64,000 nt of DNA from Eledone cirrhosa (Eukaryota): NCBI GenBank assembly GCA_964016885.1, contig OZ024743.1:180978001-181042000 (forward strand), read 5' to 3'. Positions within the stretch are counted from its first letter, which is position 1. The number at the start of each line of letters is the position of its first letter. This document shows positions 12,261-25,439 of this stretch, in pieces. The position numbers and the translations under genes are program-made. Under the pieces are notes generated by a model. The model had not been told where the DNA came from and did no database searches. It was given only the letters and a program-made list of their open reading frames with translations.

Positions 12261-13039
12261 TGTCCATCCGACTGGCTTCCAAAAGACTTCCATCTCCCCA
12301 CTTTCATTCACAAAGCATAGGTTGACCCAAAGCTATGATGAGTGAAACTTGAAAACAGACTTGTCAACCCTCCCCGTCCGACGGGGAGATCTCCCACCCA
12401 CTTTAGGGTGAGTGAGAGATGTCTTCTCTTGTGAAAATGGGTATTGCTTTCAGTATGTAAAATCTCCCAATTTTGCCTCATTTCTCCCCGTTTGGGGGCA
12501 CTTTTTTTCATAGTACTCTCCGTTTGGAAGGTCTGTGAAAATGTTGTAAAAGGTTTGGCCAAATATTAAAGTGTCTGTCTTCAACCGTTTCAATCTCATC
12601 GACCACACAATCTTTTTCAGCATGGTCACTGCCTGCACTTGGCGGTGAAAGGAGGGTGGTGGGATGTTCTTTACAATAGCCCTATCATATGTGAATGTGT
12701 AAAATGCTACATGAATATATATTTTTTATTAAAACTTGTTTTTCTTGTTTTTCTTCTTCTTCTTCTAATTATTTTATTACTTACTCTAGAGAGGGTCGTA
12801 GAGGTAGATTCATTTGGCATGACTTCCAGAGAATTCTATCAGAAGCAAAGGATCTCCAAAGGATCCGGCTGGAACCTCAAGCAAGACCGACATAACGTAT
12901 ATAAATTTTATCCAGCCATTTTGCTCTTGGTCTACTTCTGGGTCTCCTGAAGGTTGGCTTTGTCCATAAAATCTGTCTAGCGATTCTTTCCTTAATAAAT
13001 TATATTATATTATATTATACTGTAAGATCAAACTAGGCT

Positions 13040-13745
13040 ACTTCCTGTTATTGGTACCATTTAAACCCAGTACAACCTGCTTAATGGCCGTGTGGTCGGT
13101 GACTAAACGAGCTCCCCCACCAGTCTCTGATCTGGGGACGAGAGTAAGTGGAACCCCAGCAGTACAAAAAACAAGAGCTGTTAAAAGAGTAAATGAATGC
13201 CTCAGAGTCAACGGCCATCCACCCCAGGGCTACTAAATCGACACCCCCACAAAACTCAGGTCTGGTTGTCAACAGACATCTATCCCAACTATGGGTTAAA
13301 TAGCTTCACTAAACCTCAATTGGCTAAGTGTGGGGAGTAAGGTTACACACTCAGTGTTGGATTTCGACCTTGAGAGCCCGGGGCACTTCAGATTAGGGGG
13401 AGCTCTCATACACAAAAAAATGGAATATACAGAAACCTTTCCTCCCCAGTTTTATATATCAAATTTAGCTTGGCGCAAGTAATTGGAATTGAAAAGTTAT
13501 ACATACAGGAATTAAATTCGACAATTCTAACCATCCTAAAACTAAAAAACAAAGCTGAGGGAACAAATAAATTGTTACAGCTGTCGCTGGTGGGGCCCCC
13601 AACTGCAGAGTAGCCGATGCAATTGCCTCCTTTGTCCTACATTAAAACTGGCCCTGTACACTCTTGATCTGACCAAAACCAAACAGAAAGTGGTGGAAGT
13701 CAACGGGGAAGAGGTCCTTCCATCAGGAATGGGAAGGCTGTGGAT
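13040..13745 (+). mobile_element. Interspersed repeat homologous to 28100-28510 (-) and 42860-43020, with a nested MITE
   Basis: Shared ggtaccat..aaacccagtacaac...agagtcaacggccatccacccc sequence. Confidence 0.6.
13352..13656. mobile_element. Nested hAT-like MITE
   Basis: CAG...CCCTG ends; near 8-bp TSD tacacact/tacactct; it interrupts the host repeat, which is contiguous at 28100-28510. Confidence 0.5.
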
Positions 13746-14212
13746 TTGATTAGATATTAAATTATATTGTATTCTAATATATTGCTATTCATTCATTGTA
13801 TTGTATCTAATAGAAGTGAATATATTGTGTGTCATATTATAAAGTAAGATCTATCGTTTGAGAAATGGCTTTCCTTTGATAGTTCAATGCATTTACAGCT
13901 TAATTGATTTCATATAGCTTTAAAAAATAACTCTTCAAAGATTTGATTTGCTTTTATAGAAGAAATCTTCAGCGACTGTATTGTTTGACGGATAAGGCTG
14001 AATAATAGAAAGATAAAATAGTTAATCTTATAGCTTTCTAACATGACATACCGAGGATCGAACAAGAAACGGTTTGAAGGTAAATGGTTAGAAGAAGAAA
14101 TCCTATTATATATTAAGAAAGAGCTTTTATCTCATGAGCGTTTCCAAAACATTTAATGTCATTTTCTGAGAGTATATGGATGTTTCAAATAATGTTTCAT
14201 CTCATATTGGTA

Positions 14213-14216
14213 GACA

Positions 14217-14280
<64 letters not shown>

Positions 14281-14560
14281 CATACACACACACACACACA
14301 CAGAAAGACATACACACACACACACACATACAGAAAGACACACAGACACACACATACAGAAAGACACACACACACATACATACACATACATACACATACA
14401 TACAAACGAACGTACATACACACATATACACACACACATACACACATACACATACATGTACACACACAAACACACATATGAACACACGCACACACACATA
14501 TACACAAGTACACTCGTACAACTACAAATACACATAGATACACACATACGCATACATATA
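14213..14560. repeat. (CA)n compound microsatellite
   Basis: Direct reading. Confidence 0.95.
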
Positions 14561-15164
14561 TATTTCATTGTATATTTATATTGATACATATGGTGGGTGT
14601 ATGTATGTGTGTATTTATATACATTCAGAAATGTTTGTAGAAATATACCGATGTATAAACATACTTTTGAAGTCATATATGTATTTAGAAATGACTATCT
14701 CCTCGTCTCAGAATCGTTTTCTTTAATATATGGATATATGTGTATTTGTGGGAATGTATATATATATATATATATACACACATATCCTCTTAGCTTCGTG
14801 CGAACGAATAAAAAAAAAACACCCACACACTCACACACGTAAACACACGCTCACTTGTACAGCTTTATATACTAAATGATATTTTCTTATTTCAACTACA
14901 CCTGTTTGATCACTGCCTTTTAAAACAAGATCCTCTCATACAAAACGTCAGCATAAACAGTTTTCCGAAAGATGGCGGGCGACGTGGATAGACCTGTCTT
15001 TTTTTTTTCTCTAGAAATTTTTTTTTCTACCACTACCTTCTCTCCCCAAGTATCCAAAACGTTAAGATTCTTTTCCTAGTATATCAAGCGTAAAACTATA
15101 TAATATATTTCTTCATTATACTATGTTGTTTGGTTTGTTATTTCTGTTTGCCTTATATATATAT

Positions 15165-16769
15165 ACTAGCATTAAAGCCCGGCGTTGCTCGGGGTCATTA
15201 AGTTACCAAAGTTAGGTTGCACCACCCATTTTATGGCAGCACTTTTTTGTCTGCCAGGCACTGGGTGAATGAATTGCAGACCTGGAAGCAGGAGCTGAGC
15301 CAGCGGTGACAATTGTAGTTTCGCCTATGGATATTATCTCTGTGCAAAAAAGTGTTGAAATTTATTGTTTCACAGTACTTGCGCAACACGCGCGTAGACG
15401 ATGCCAGCCGAACAACAGAGCTGCGATGGAGTTGTTCTGCATGGTTGTCTGTGTGTTTTCTAAATTTAAGACAGTAGGGAGGGTTGTGATATGAGGGAGA
15501 GTTAGCTGTTGTTTCTAGCAGGTTTAGTGACCTCATAGAGGATATGTGTTTTCTAAATTTAAGACAGTAGGGAGTGGTGTGATATGGGGGAGAGTTAGCT
15601 GCTGTTTCTAGCAGGTTTAGTGACCTCATAGAAGATATGTTTTCTAAATTTAAGACAGTAGGGAGGGGTGTGATATGGGGGAGAGTTAGCTGCTGTTTCT
15701 AGCAGGTTTAGTGACCTCATAGAAGATATGTTTTCTAAATTTAAGACAGTAGGGAGGGGTATGGTATGGGGGAGAGTTAGCTGCTGTTTCTAGCAGGTTT
15801 AGCGACCTAATTGAAGATATTATTGTTTATCATTATCTATAAAAGGCAGATTGTTGTTGTTGTTGTGTGTGTGCACATGTTCCATGTTTATACATTTGCA
15901 CAATTTCAAACCGATTCGACTCAAAGTCTGTAAGAATCCACGTTCGTTGAGAGGTTTTAAAAAAGATTTATCGCTTGTTGTTGAATAAATGTATCTGTTG
16001 CTTTTGAATAATTGTCGTTTCGTATGAAATGTAATAATTGTTTCTACTTTTTTGGCACAAGGCCAGCAAATTACCCAGTACATTACTGGTACTTTATGTA
16101 ATAATAAACGTTCTCTCTCCCTCTCCCTCTCTTCTCTCTCTTCGGCAATCACGTTGTTTAATTGCTTTAAATGTTGTTAATGAATAGTCAAATCCCGCAC
16201 GTTGTTTAATTGCTTTAAATTTTTTTTTATCAATTTATGTGAGTGTGTGTTTGTATGTGTTTGTAAATAAATCATTAAGTTTGAAGCAACTAAAAGTTAG
16301 TGTGGTTATAAATCACGCACGTTGTTTAATTGCTTTAAATGTTTTTTTATCATTTGAAGTGAGTGTGTGTTTGTATGCGTTTGGAAATAAATCAGTAAGT
16401 TTGAAGTATAAAAGAGAAAGTAGCAAAATGTGTGGGTTGTAGATAGAGGAAAAACAGATGATATGAGAGAGTAAAACGGACAGTATCACCATCAAGCTTG
16501 GAAAGAGAAAGTAGCAGAAAGTATGAAGTTGTATAGATTTTGAAGGGTAATGGAAAGAGTTTAGCAGTTTAAATGAGAGAGAAAATCGTAAAATATTGAG
16601 TTTTATCTATTTTTTGCATCATTTTGTGGGTGAAATTGAAAATATTATATGTGCCTAAACGCAATCGAAGCTATTTGGAATACTGAATTGTAAATTTCAA
16701 TTGAAGAAATTGTATATCGTAGATTTCTATAACAAAGGAGCATGTCCATACACTGAGCTTTCTAGATTA

Positions 16770-16773
<4 letters not shown>
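15165..16773 (+). mobile_element. Helentron-associated / DINE-like non-autonomous element
   Basis: Starts actagc...cccggcgttgctcggg (subterminal palindrome), has internal tandem repeats, ends gctttctagattatgat; same start motif as 44063. Confidence 0.5.
15452..15820. repeat. ~92-bp tandem repeat x4
   Basis: ttttctaaatttaagacagtagggag...gacctcatagaagata repeated four times. Confidence 0.9.
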
Positions 16774-16826
<53 letters not shown>

Positions 16827-16944
16827 GGGGGGGTTGACAGTTGAGAGAAAAGAGTACTCAATACCGAAAGAGAATTTTAATATTCATTTCATTAACGCTA
16901 AATAGGGGAACAGGAGAATCTCCAGAGTAACATGTCTCACCATT

Positions 16945-17000
<56 letters not shown>

Positions 17001-17140
17001 TAAAATAAATTCTTTTAATAAATATTTGCTCTACGGTTAAATTCTTTTAATAAATATTTGCTCTACGGTTCTTATATATTTGATATATATTTATCCTTAT
17101 CGAGCCCTCTTTGGATTTTAGTCTTCAAATTTATTATTAT

Positions 17141-17207
<67 letters not shown>

Positions 17208-17405
17208 GAGGTTATATTTAATTTGTTGGGATACAACAAGCTTAAAAATATTTTTATAACTAATAAAGCACTCAACAAATTATTTGAGTAAATATACAAT
17301 ATATTAACAAATGGAAACTATAGTGACTATCCAGGAAGCTCCAACAGTTAAGGTTGTCTTTTTTCAGGGTATGTCAATATTTATTTATAAAACTAATCTG
17401 TATTC

Positions 17406-17470
17406 TATTTTATCTGATGAAAGCGCACCATAATTTGTTTGGTGGCCCTTGAAATATGTATAATAAAATA
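17406..17470 (+). ncRNA. Type I hammerhead ribozyme motif
   Basis: Helix I tattttat/ataaaata; CTGATGA 17414-17420; helix II aag..cacca/tggtg..ctt; GAAAT-atgt-ATA; lies inside ~30-bp inverted repeats at 17292 and 17487. Confidence 0.7.
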
Positions 17471-17510
17471 AATATGGTTTTATAAATATAGTTTCCATTT
17501 GTTAATATAT

Positions 17511-17561
<51 letters not shown>

Positions 17562-17570
<9 letters not shown>

Positions 17571-18234
17571 TAAAGAAATAATGAATAAACAATTCCTTAT
17601 ATTAAACAAAAAAAGTTCATTATTTAACGATCGTTTCTAGGGTATATATGTGTTATAATTGGTATGCATATTCAACAGATCTATGTACAAAATTATACAA
17701 AATTATACAAATTATCAAGATTAAATATACATACCTAACACATATATACGCCGTCTTCAGAAATAATGAAGTATATTTATTGATAATAACAACAATTCAA
17801 AATATCAGTTCAAAATTGACCAATGAAAACACAAAGGGTTAAAAGCAGTTCGGTGTGTGTATATACATGTAAAATCCTTACACATATATTACAATAATGT
17901 GTGTATAATTTGTATGCGCATACTAAAAAGATGGATGCAAACACAAAATTTCAAGGTTAATATCTCTGTAAGCTTAATGCGCTGATAAGATGCACATTGA
18001 TACTTATGGAGTCAAGCATATAAATATATTTTTTCATACTCACACATATCAGTATAATCACACATACATGCGCGTATATGCATAAATATACACATAACCA
18101 CGAACATACAAACACACACACTCCCCCACTCACATTTATATATGTGGATATAAAATCATAAGCACATAGAAATTAAGTCACTCACATAAAACACTGGCAC
18201 ACACATTTCAAGATCAAGATACAGAAATTAGGTG
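17562..18234 (-). repeat. Inverted copy of PLE 3' pLTR (673 bp)
   Basis: Reverse complement of 23490-24162; identical 64-aa spurious ORF in both copies. Confidence 0.95.
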
Positions 18235-18408
18235 ATGACTGTCTTCTTCTTTCTAACAACCTTAGCCTTTCAGAAATCGAAAAAAACAAAAAACATATTA
18301 GAACTTTCCTTAAAGACTATTATAATCTTAATATTACTTTTGAAAAAACAAGTAAAGTAGTAAATTTCCTAGATATAACTTTAGATTTAGCTACGGGTAT
18401 ATACCAAC

Positions 18409-20313
18409 CTGAAAGATCACAAATCTAACTTTAACTCTAATCCTTCTATTAGACTTATATGTCCCTCCAAATCAGATATTGGAATAATTAGCAAAAAAAT
18501 TTTAGATAGAGTCATCCCACAAATAAGAAAATACGTTATTTTACCACTCTGGGAAAACACCTCCCAGGTAATTAATTGGTTTAAAAATATTAGGTGTAAA
18601 TCTTCTGCTTCTTTCCTACAATTTGATATAGATAATTACTATTCTTCTATATCACCCATACTCCTGAACAAAGCATTAATATTTGCTAAAAATAGATCTA
18701 ATTTAACTTCGGATGACATTAACATTATTACACATGCTAGACTAACACTTATTGAATTTCAGAATGAATACTGGACCAGAAACACATACAGTAATCTTTT
18801 TGATATTACTATGGGTTCAAGCGATTCCGCCCAAATTACTGATCTTGTGGGCCTCTTTCTCCTTTTCAACATAAATGCCTCTTTTCCCCACCTCAAAGGT
18901 GGTTTATATCGTGATGACTGTCTTCTTCTTTCTAACAACCTTAGCCTTTCAGAAATCGAAAAAAACAAAAAACATATTAGAACTTTCCTTAAAGACTATT
19001 ATAATCTTAATATTACTTTTGAAAAAACAAGTAAAGTAGTAAATTTCCTAGATATAACTTTAGATTTAGCTACGGGTATATACCAACCTTACCATAAACC
19101 TAACCAAAACTTACATTACATACACTCACAATCTAATCACCCTAAATCTATCCTTAAAAACCTTGCATATAATATATCACTTAGAATTTCTAACCTTTCT
19201 TCTAACCAAGATGTATTTGATAAAAATGCGACCTTTTATAATGAAGCTCTAGATAGAAGTGGCCACAAAAATAGATTAGAGTATATACCTTCTACTAAAA
19301 ATACTGAAAGCATACAGCATAATATTACCAACAAACACCAAATGAAAAGTACACACCTAAATGCCACCCACAATATACCCCAAAATACTAAATCTTCTAA
19401 TATAAAGTATAGTAACCCTCAAAAAACTACTCATCATACAACTATAATAAATATTAATAATAAAACTCCTAATAAAAAAGATAAAACACCTAAATCTACA
19501 AATATAACTAAAAATAGTTGTGGTGAGATCATTAACATTAATCCTCCTAGTAAAAATCATGATACAACCTATAAAAATAATAAAAATAATAAACAACATA
19601 GAAACCGTAATAGACGAGTTACTTGGTATAATGCTCCTTTTAATTTACAAGTTAAGGATAATATTGCTAAAAAATTTTTTTATATCCTTGAGAAAAACTT
19701 CCCGCCAAACCACAAATACCATCAAATCTTAAATAGGTCTACAGTTAAATTCTCATACTCTACAACAAATAACATAAAACAAAATATAAGTGCATATAAT
19801 GCATATAAATGTAAGAAAACCATAAGTATACCACCAGTACATCAAATTAACAATAATATCTCCTCAAATACAGAATTAACGAAAGGATGTAACTGTAGAA
19901 ACAAAACAAACTGCCCATTAAAAGGGAATTGTCTTGTTAACAACATAGTCTATAAATGTAATGTTAAAACTAAAGATTCTATTTGCTCATATATAGGAGC
20001 TACCTCTAACAATTTTAAGACAAGGTTTAATACCCACAAACATAGTTTTAAAAATGCCGCACTGGCTAATACAACATCTCTAGCAGAAAAAATCAATAGT
20101 TATAAAAATAAGAATATAAAATATGATTTGACCTGGAGTGTGCTCAAAAGAGCCACCCCTTATCAAAATAATAGAAAGGAATGTAGATTATGTTCCCAAG
20201 AACTATTTGAAATAATGAGGTCTAAGGATATCTTATTAAATAAACGACAGGAATTAATTATATCGTGTAATCATAAACTAAAAAAAACATTTAAATATTA
20301 TAAACCTAATTAA
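18409..20313 (+). CDS. PLE reverse transcriptase + GIY-YIG endonuclease (5'-truncated, frame open)
   Basis: Frame open from LKDHK at 18409; FDIDNYYSSI, MGSSDSAQI, YRDD, NFLDITL; CNC..CPL..C linker; NIVY...YIG, R..H, CxxC..E, LN. Confidence 0.92.
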   Translation: MKDHKSNFNSNPSIRLICPSKSDIGIISKKILDRVIPQIRKYVILPLWENTSQVINWFKNIRCKSSASFLQFDIDNYYSSISPILLNKALIFAKNRSNLTSDDINIITHARLTLIEFQNEYWTRNTYSNLFDITMGSSDSAQITDLVGLFLLFNINASFPHLKGGLYRDDCLLLSNNLSLSEIEKNKKHIRTFLKDYYNLNITFEKTSKVVNFLDITLDLATGIYQPYHKPNQNLHYIHSQSNHPKSILKNLAYNISLRISNLSSNQDVFDKNATFYNEALDRSGHKNRLEYIPSTKNTESIQHNITNKHQMKSTHLNATHNIPQNTKSSNIKYSNPQKTTHHTTIININNKTPNKKDKTPKSTNITKNSCGEIININPPSKNHDTTYKNNKNNKQHRNRNRRVTWYNAPFNLQVKDNIAKKFFYILEKNFPPNHKYHQILNRSTVKFSYSTTNNIKQNISAYNAYKCKKTISIPPVHQINNNISSNTELTKGCNCRNKTNCPLKGNCLVNNIVYKCNVKTKDSICSYIGATSNNFKTRFNTHKHSFKNAALANTTSLAEKINSYKNKNIKYDLTWSVLKRATPYQNNRKECRLCSQELFEIMRSKDILLNKRQELIISCNHKLKKTFKYYKPN

Positions 20314-20769
20314 TAACATTATTCTAGAAATTAATTTAATTTAAATGTTAGTTAACCTATAAATTTAATTTAATTAATATTTTATTACAGATGAGAAAAT
20401 AATATGTAATCATAAATTGTGAAAAACCTTTAAATATTACTAATATATACTTAGTAATTTAATTTATAGATTAATTTTAATTTATTTAAACCTTTTATTA
20501 TAATTCTTTTACAGATAAAATATAACAAAATAATATCATGTATCCAATGACGGAGAAAGAATTTTTAGTATTATAGACCTAATTAATATACATTTGGGAA
20601 ATATATTTATTATTTGGTTTTAGTTTTAATCAACCTAAAACTTTAATTTTAATTTGCTTAAAATTAGTATCCTTATACAGACGAATTGCAGAATGTCATG
20701 TAATCATAGAATGGGATGTGTTTTGGATATATACCTAGTTAATATATTCTGTGCAATTTTTTGAAAAAG

Positions 20770-20846
20770 ATATGTATATGTATATGTATATGTATATGTG
20801 TGTGTTGTGTATGTGTATCTGTATGTATGTATATGTGTGTATATAT

Positions 20847-20890
<44 letters not shown>

Positions 20891-22019
20891 ATATGTATGT
20901 ATATGTGTATGTGTATGTATATGTATATGTATGCGTATTAATTTTGATTTCTATTTGCATATAATTATATTATGCTATTGATGAAATACAATATCTGCTT
21001 TATGTATTGTGTACCTAATTAACATATACTAATTAACGTATACTATTGAAATGAATATATAATTTTTAATTTAGTTAACATATAATTTATATGCTACTAC
21101 CGATGTAATACTTTATTTTATTCTTATTTGGGTTTCTTTTCCCTATTACTAAATTCATCTCCTAATATTGATACCATAACGTTATTAACTTTTATTTAGT
21201 TATAATGTAATTAATAATCTACTACTGTTTGACTTCAAAATTCTGCTTCAAATATTATAAACCTAACTAATTTACACCTTAGAAATCAATATGTTGACTA
21301 TCTTTGGTTTAGTTAACATATGATTAATGGTATACTTATTTATTTTGAGATGCATAGATTTCGTATTTCCTAGCACTGAAAATATGTAAGAACATACATT
21401 GAATTAAGATACGGAAAATATTATATGTTTCTTGAAACATATATTTACTTTGATCCCCTTCTCCAAACCCCCCCTTTCCCCCATACTATTATCATCTGTA
21501 TTTGTAAGCGTCTATGTATGAATATATATGTAGGTAGGTGTCTATATAGGTTTGGGTATTTATATCTAAATATAAAAATACATATATGAGCATGCAAATA
21601 TGAATGTAAGATTGTGTGAGTATATATGATTGTGCATACATATGTATGTGTATATATATGTATATATATGTATTATATATGTATGTGTATGTGAATGTGT
21701 TGTATGTATATGTGTATATATGTGTATATATGTGTATGTATGTGTATGCTTGTATATATAGGAAAAATATATATATGTGTATATATGTATGTATATGTAT
21801 ATGCGTGTATGTATGTATGTGTATATGTGTTGTGTATATATATGTATGTCTCTCTATTTATATGTTTATCTTCGTATCTATGTGATATATGTGTGTGTGT
21901 GTGCACGTATGCATATGTATGTGTTTGTGTGTGTTTGTATGTGTGTATGTATGTATGTGTATGTGCGCACACTCACATACACATATATATATATATATAT
22001 GTGAGTGTGTATGTGTGTC

Positions 22020-22103
<84 letters not shown>

Positions 22104-22208
22104 TGTCTATGTGTGAATATATGTCTTTATTCGTATGTGTGTATTTATGTATGTATATATTTATGTGTATGTATGTATGTGTATGTATGTATGTATATAT
22201 ATATATGT

Positions 22209-22240
<32 letters not shown>

Positions 22241-22515
22241 GTATATTATTCTTTATTATTATTGTAATATAACTTATGTGTATATGTGTATAAGTGAGGT
22301 TGTGTATGTATATATAATATGTGTATATATAAGAGTAATGAAATATATATATATATATATATATGTGCATGTCTGTTTTTTATGTGTGTGTATATATGTA
22401 TATATATGTATATATATATATATATGTATACGTGTGTGTATGTAGATATATATATATATATACATGTGGGTGTTTGTATGTGTATTTATGGTGGTATGAG
22501 TGTGTGGATATATAT

Positions 22516-22554
<39 letters not shown>

Positions 22555-22558
22555 TCTA

Positions 22559-22619
<61 letters not shown>

Positions 22620-22942
22620 ATGTATGTGTGTGTGTATGTATATATATATGTGTATGTATGTGTGTATATATATATATCTCTATTAATGCGTGTGTGTATG
22701 TATATACATATGCCTTTTTATTATTATTATTTTCATTTGTATGTCTGAGTTTGGTGAGGTTGTATTGTTTTTTGTATATACACATATATGGAAGCGTATG
22801 TATTTATTTATATGAGTATAAGTAGGTGCATATGTATGTATGATTATATATCTAATTCTATGTATGAAGGTACATCTATATATATATATATATATACGTG
22901 TGTATGTAAGTTGTGTGTGTATGTATCTTTATGTCTATGTGA

Positions 22943-22988
<46 letters not shown>

Positions 22989-23077
22989 CGATGTGCGTAT
23001 ATGTATGTACATGTATGTACATGTAGGTGTGTATGTATGTGTATGTATATTTAGATGTATGTGTATGTATATGTATA

Positions 23078-23130
<53 letters not shown>

Positions 23131-23370
23131 ATATATATATGTATGGATATATATCTTTATTATCTATTTTTTATATATATGTGTATGTGTGTATGTGTTG
23201 CGCGTGTGAGTGTGTATATATATATCTTTTTATATGTGTATGTGTATGTTCGTGTAAGTGTATGTGTGTGTATGACTGTATATGTATGTGTGTATGTGTG
23301 TATGCGTAAATATCTCTATGTGCGCGTACATGTATGTATGTGTATATATATCTGGATGTGTATGTACATT
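20770..23370. repeat. Long (TA)/(TG) microsatellite tracts in PLE 3' region
   Basis: Direct reading; lies between ORF stop and pLTR. Confidence 0.9.
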
Positions 23371-23953
23371 ATATTATATTTATTATATTTTATTGTTTTT
23401 ATTTTTTTATTTTTCTTAATTTATAGATACATTTATATTAGGCAGTCTGCTCAGACAATTGAATACTGACCCCTCCCCCCCCCCCCTCCCACCTAATTTC
23501 TGTATCTTGATCTTGAAATGTGTGTGCCAGTGTTTTATGTGAGTGACTTAATTTCTATGTGCTTATGATTTTATATCCACATATATAAATGTGAGTGGGG
23601 GAGTGTGTGTGTTTGTATGTTCGTGGTTATGTGTATATTTATGCATATACGCGCATGTATGTGTGATTATACTGATATGTGTGAGTATGAAAAAATATAT
23701 TTATATGCTTGACTCCATAAGTATCAATGTGCATCTTATCAGCGCATTAAGCTTACAGAGATATTAACCTTGAAATTTTGTGTTTGCATCCATCTTTTTA
23801 GTATGCGCATACAAATTATACACACATTATTGTAATATATGTGTAAGGATTTTACATGTATATACACACACCGAACTGCTTTTAACCCTTTGTGTTTTCA
23901 TTGGTCAATTTTGAACTGATATTTTGAATTGTTGTTATTATCAATAAATATAC

Positions 23954-24108
23954 TTCATTATTTCTGAAGACGGCGTATATATGTGTTAGGTATGTATATT
24001 TAATCTTGATAATTTGTATAATTTTGTATAATTTTGTACATAGATCTGTTGAATATGCATACCAATTATAACACATATATACCCTAGAAACGATCGTTAA
24101 ATAATGAA
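23954..24108 (+). ncRNA. Type I hammerhead ribozyme of PLE copy 1 (mirror copy at 17616-17770, - strand)
   Basis: 10-bp helix I ttcattattt/aaataatgaa; CTGAAGA 23964-23970; ~115-nt helix II with gtatatatgtgtta/taacacatatatac; GAAAC-GATC-GTT palindromic helix III. Confidence 0.8.
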
Positions 24109-24317
24109 CTTTTTTTGTTTAATATAAGGAATTGTTTATTCATTATTTCTTTAATATTTTATCTTGACTCTGTATACCGTTTATCTTTCACTGAAATTGG
24201 ATTTTCATTACATCTCTTCTTTCCATGATATCCGGAATACATTGAGTTCTTCATACGGATTGGACACTACCGTAAACTCTTGGTAGATTTATCTACATAT
24301 ATATATATATATATATA

Positions 24318-24791
<474 letters not shown>

Positions 24792-25439
24792 AAAATGGAT
24801 GGGTGGAAACTCATATCCCCAAGGCGGATGATTTCAGAGAAGGTGAAGAGATATTGTCGAGCATATTTAGTGGCTGAAGGAATAAGGATAATGGCAGAGG
24901 GTGCAGAGGTATTTAGAACGTCGGGGAAGTAAGGTTTTGGTCTGAGGAGACCGAAATTTCTAGATGTGCTGAGAAAAATGTATCGCAGTGAAACTGAATC
25001 TACATAAACGCAAACATCACCTTCCAGGGCGAAGTTTTAAAATACCTGAGAAAGACTTGGTGAGCGCCTAAAATGCAGTGAACGGACTGTGATAAACAAA
25101 ATCTGTATTTTATGTACTAATAAGAAGTTATGTGTGAGTTCTCGGTTAAATCGGATTCCTTGGATTTAGGATTTTCTGTGTTACATTTAGCGACTGAAAT
25201 TTTCGGAAAGAGTAGAAAGTCGACGATAGGTAACATTTCCATAAAAACATGTTAGGTGCCTAGTCGGAATGATGGTCAGGTTATGGTTGTTGTTAGCAAC
25301 GAACAATAATAACTGCATATACCCAGAATATAGGGATGTTTGGGTCTCAATATTAGTGGTAGTAGTGTTAATATGTTACTACCACTCCTTGGGTATCAGG
25401 TACTGAAAAACAAAACAAAAAGCAGAAGGCATATATAAT

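Larger units (their letters stand above)
17562..24296 (+). mobile_element. Penelope-like retroelement copy 1 (5'-truncated, inverted pLTR)
   Basis: Inverted repeats 17562-18234 and 23490-24162; RT-GIY-YIG ORF; HHR in the repeat; tail 24163-24296; (TA)n at both ends. Confidence 0.9.

Noticed and set aside
17648-17842. Identical 64-aa ORF at two loci (also 23882-24076)
   Set aside because: Result of the inverted repeat; it is antisense to the HHR region and has no protein motif.
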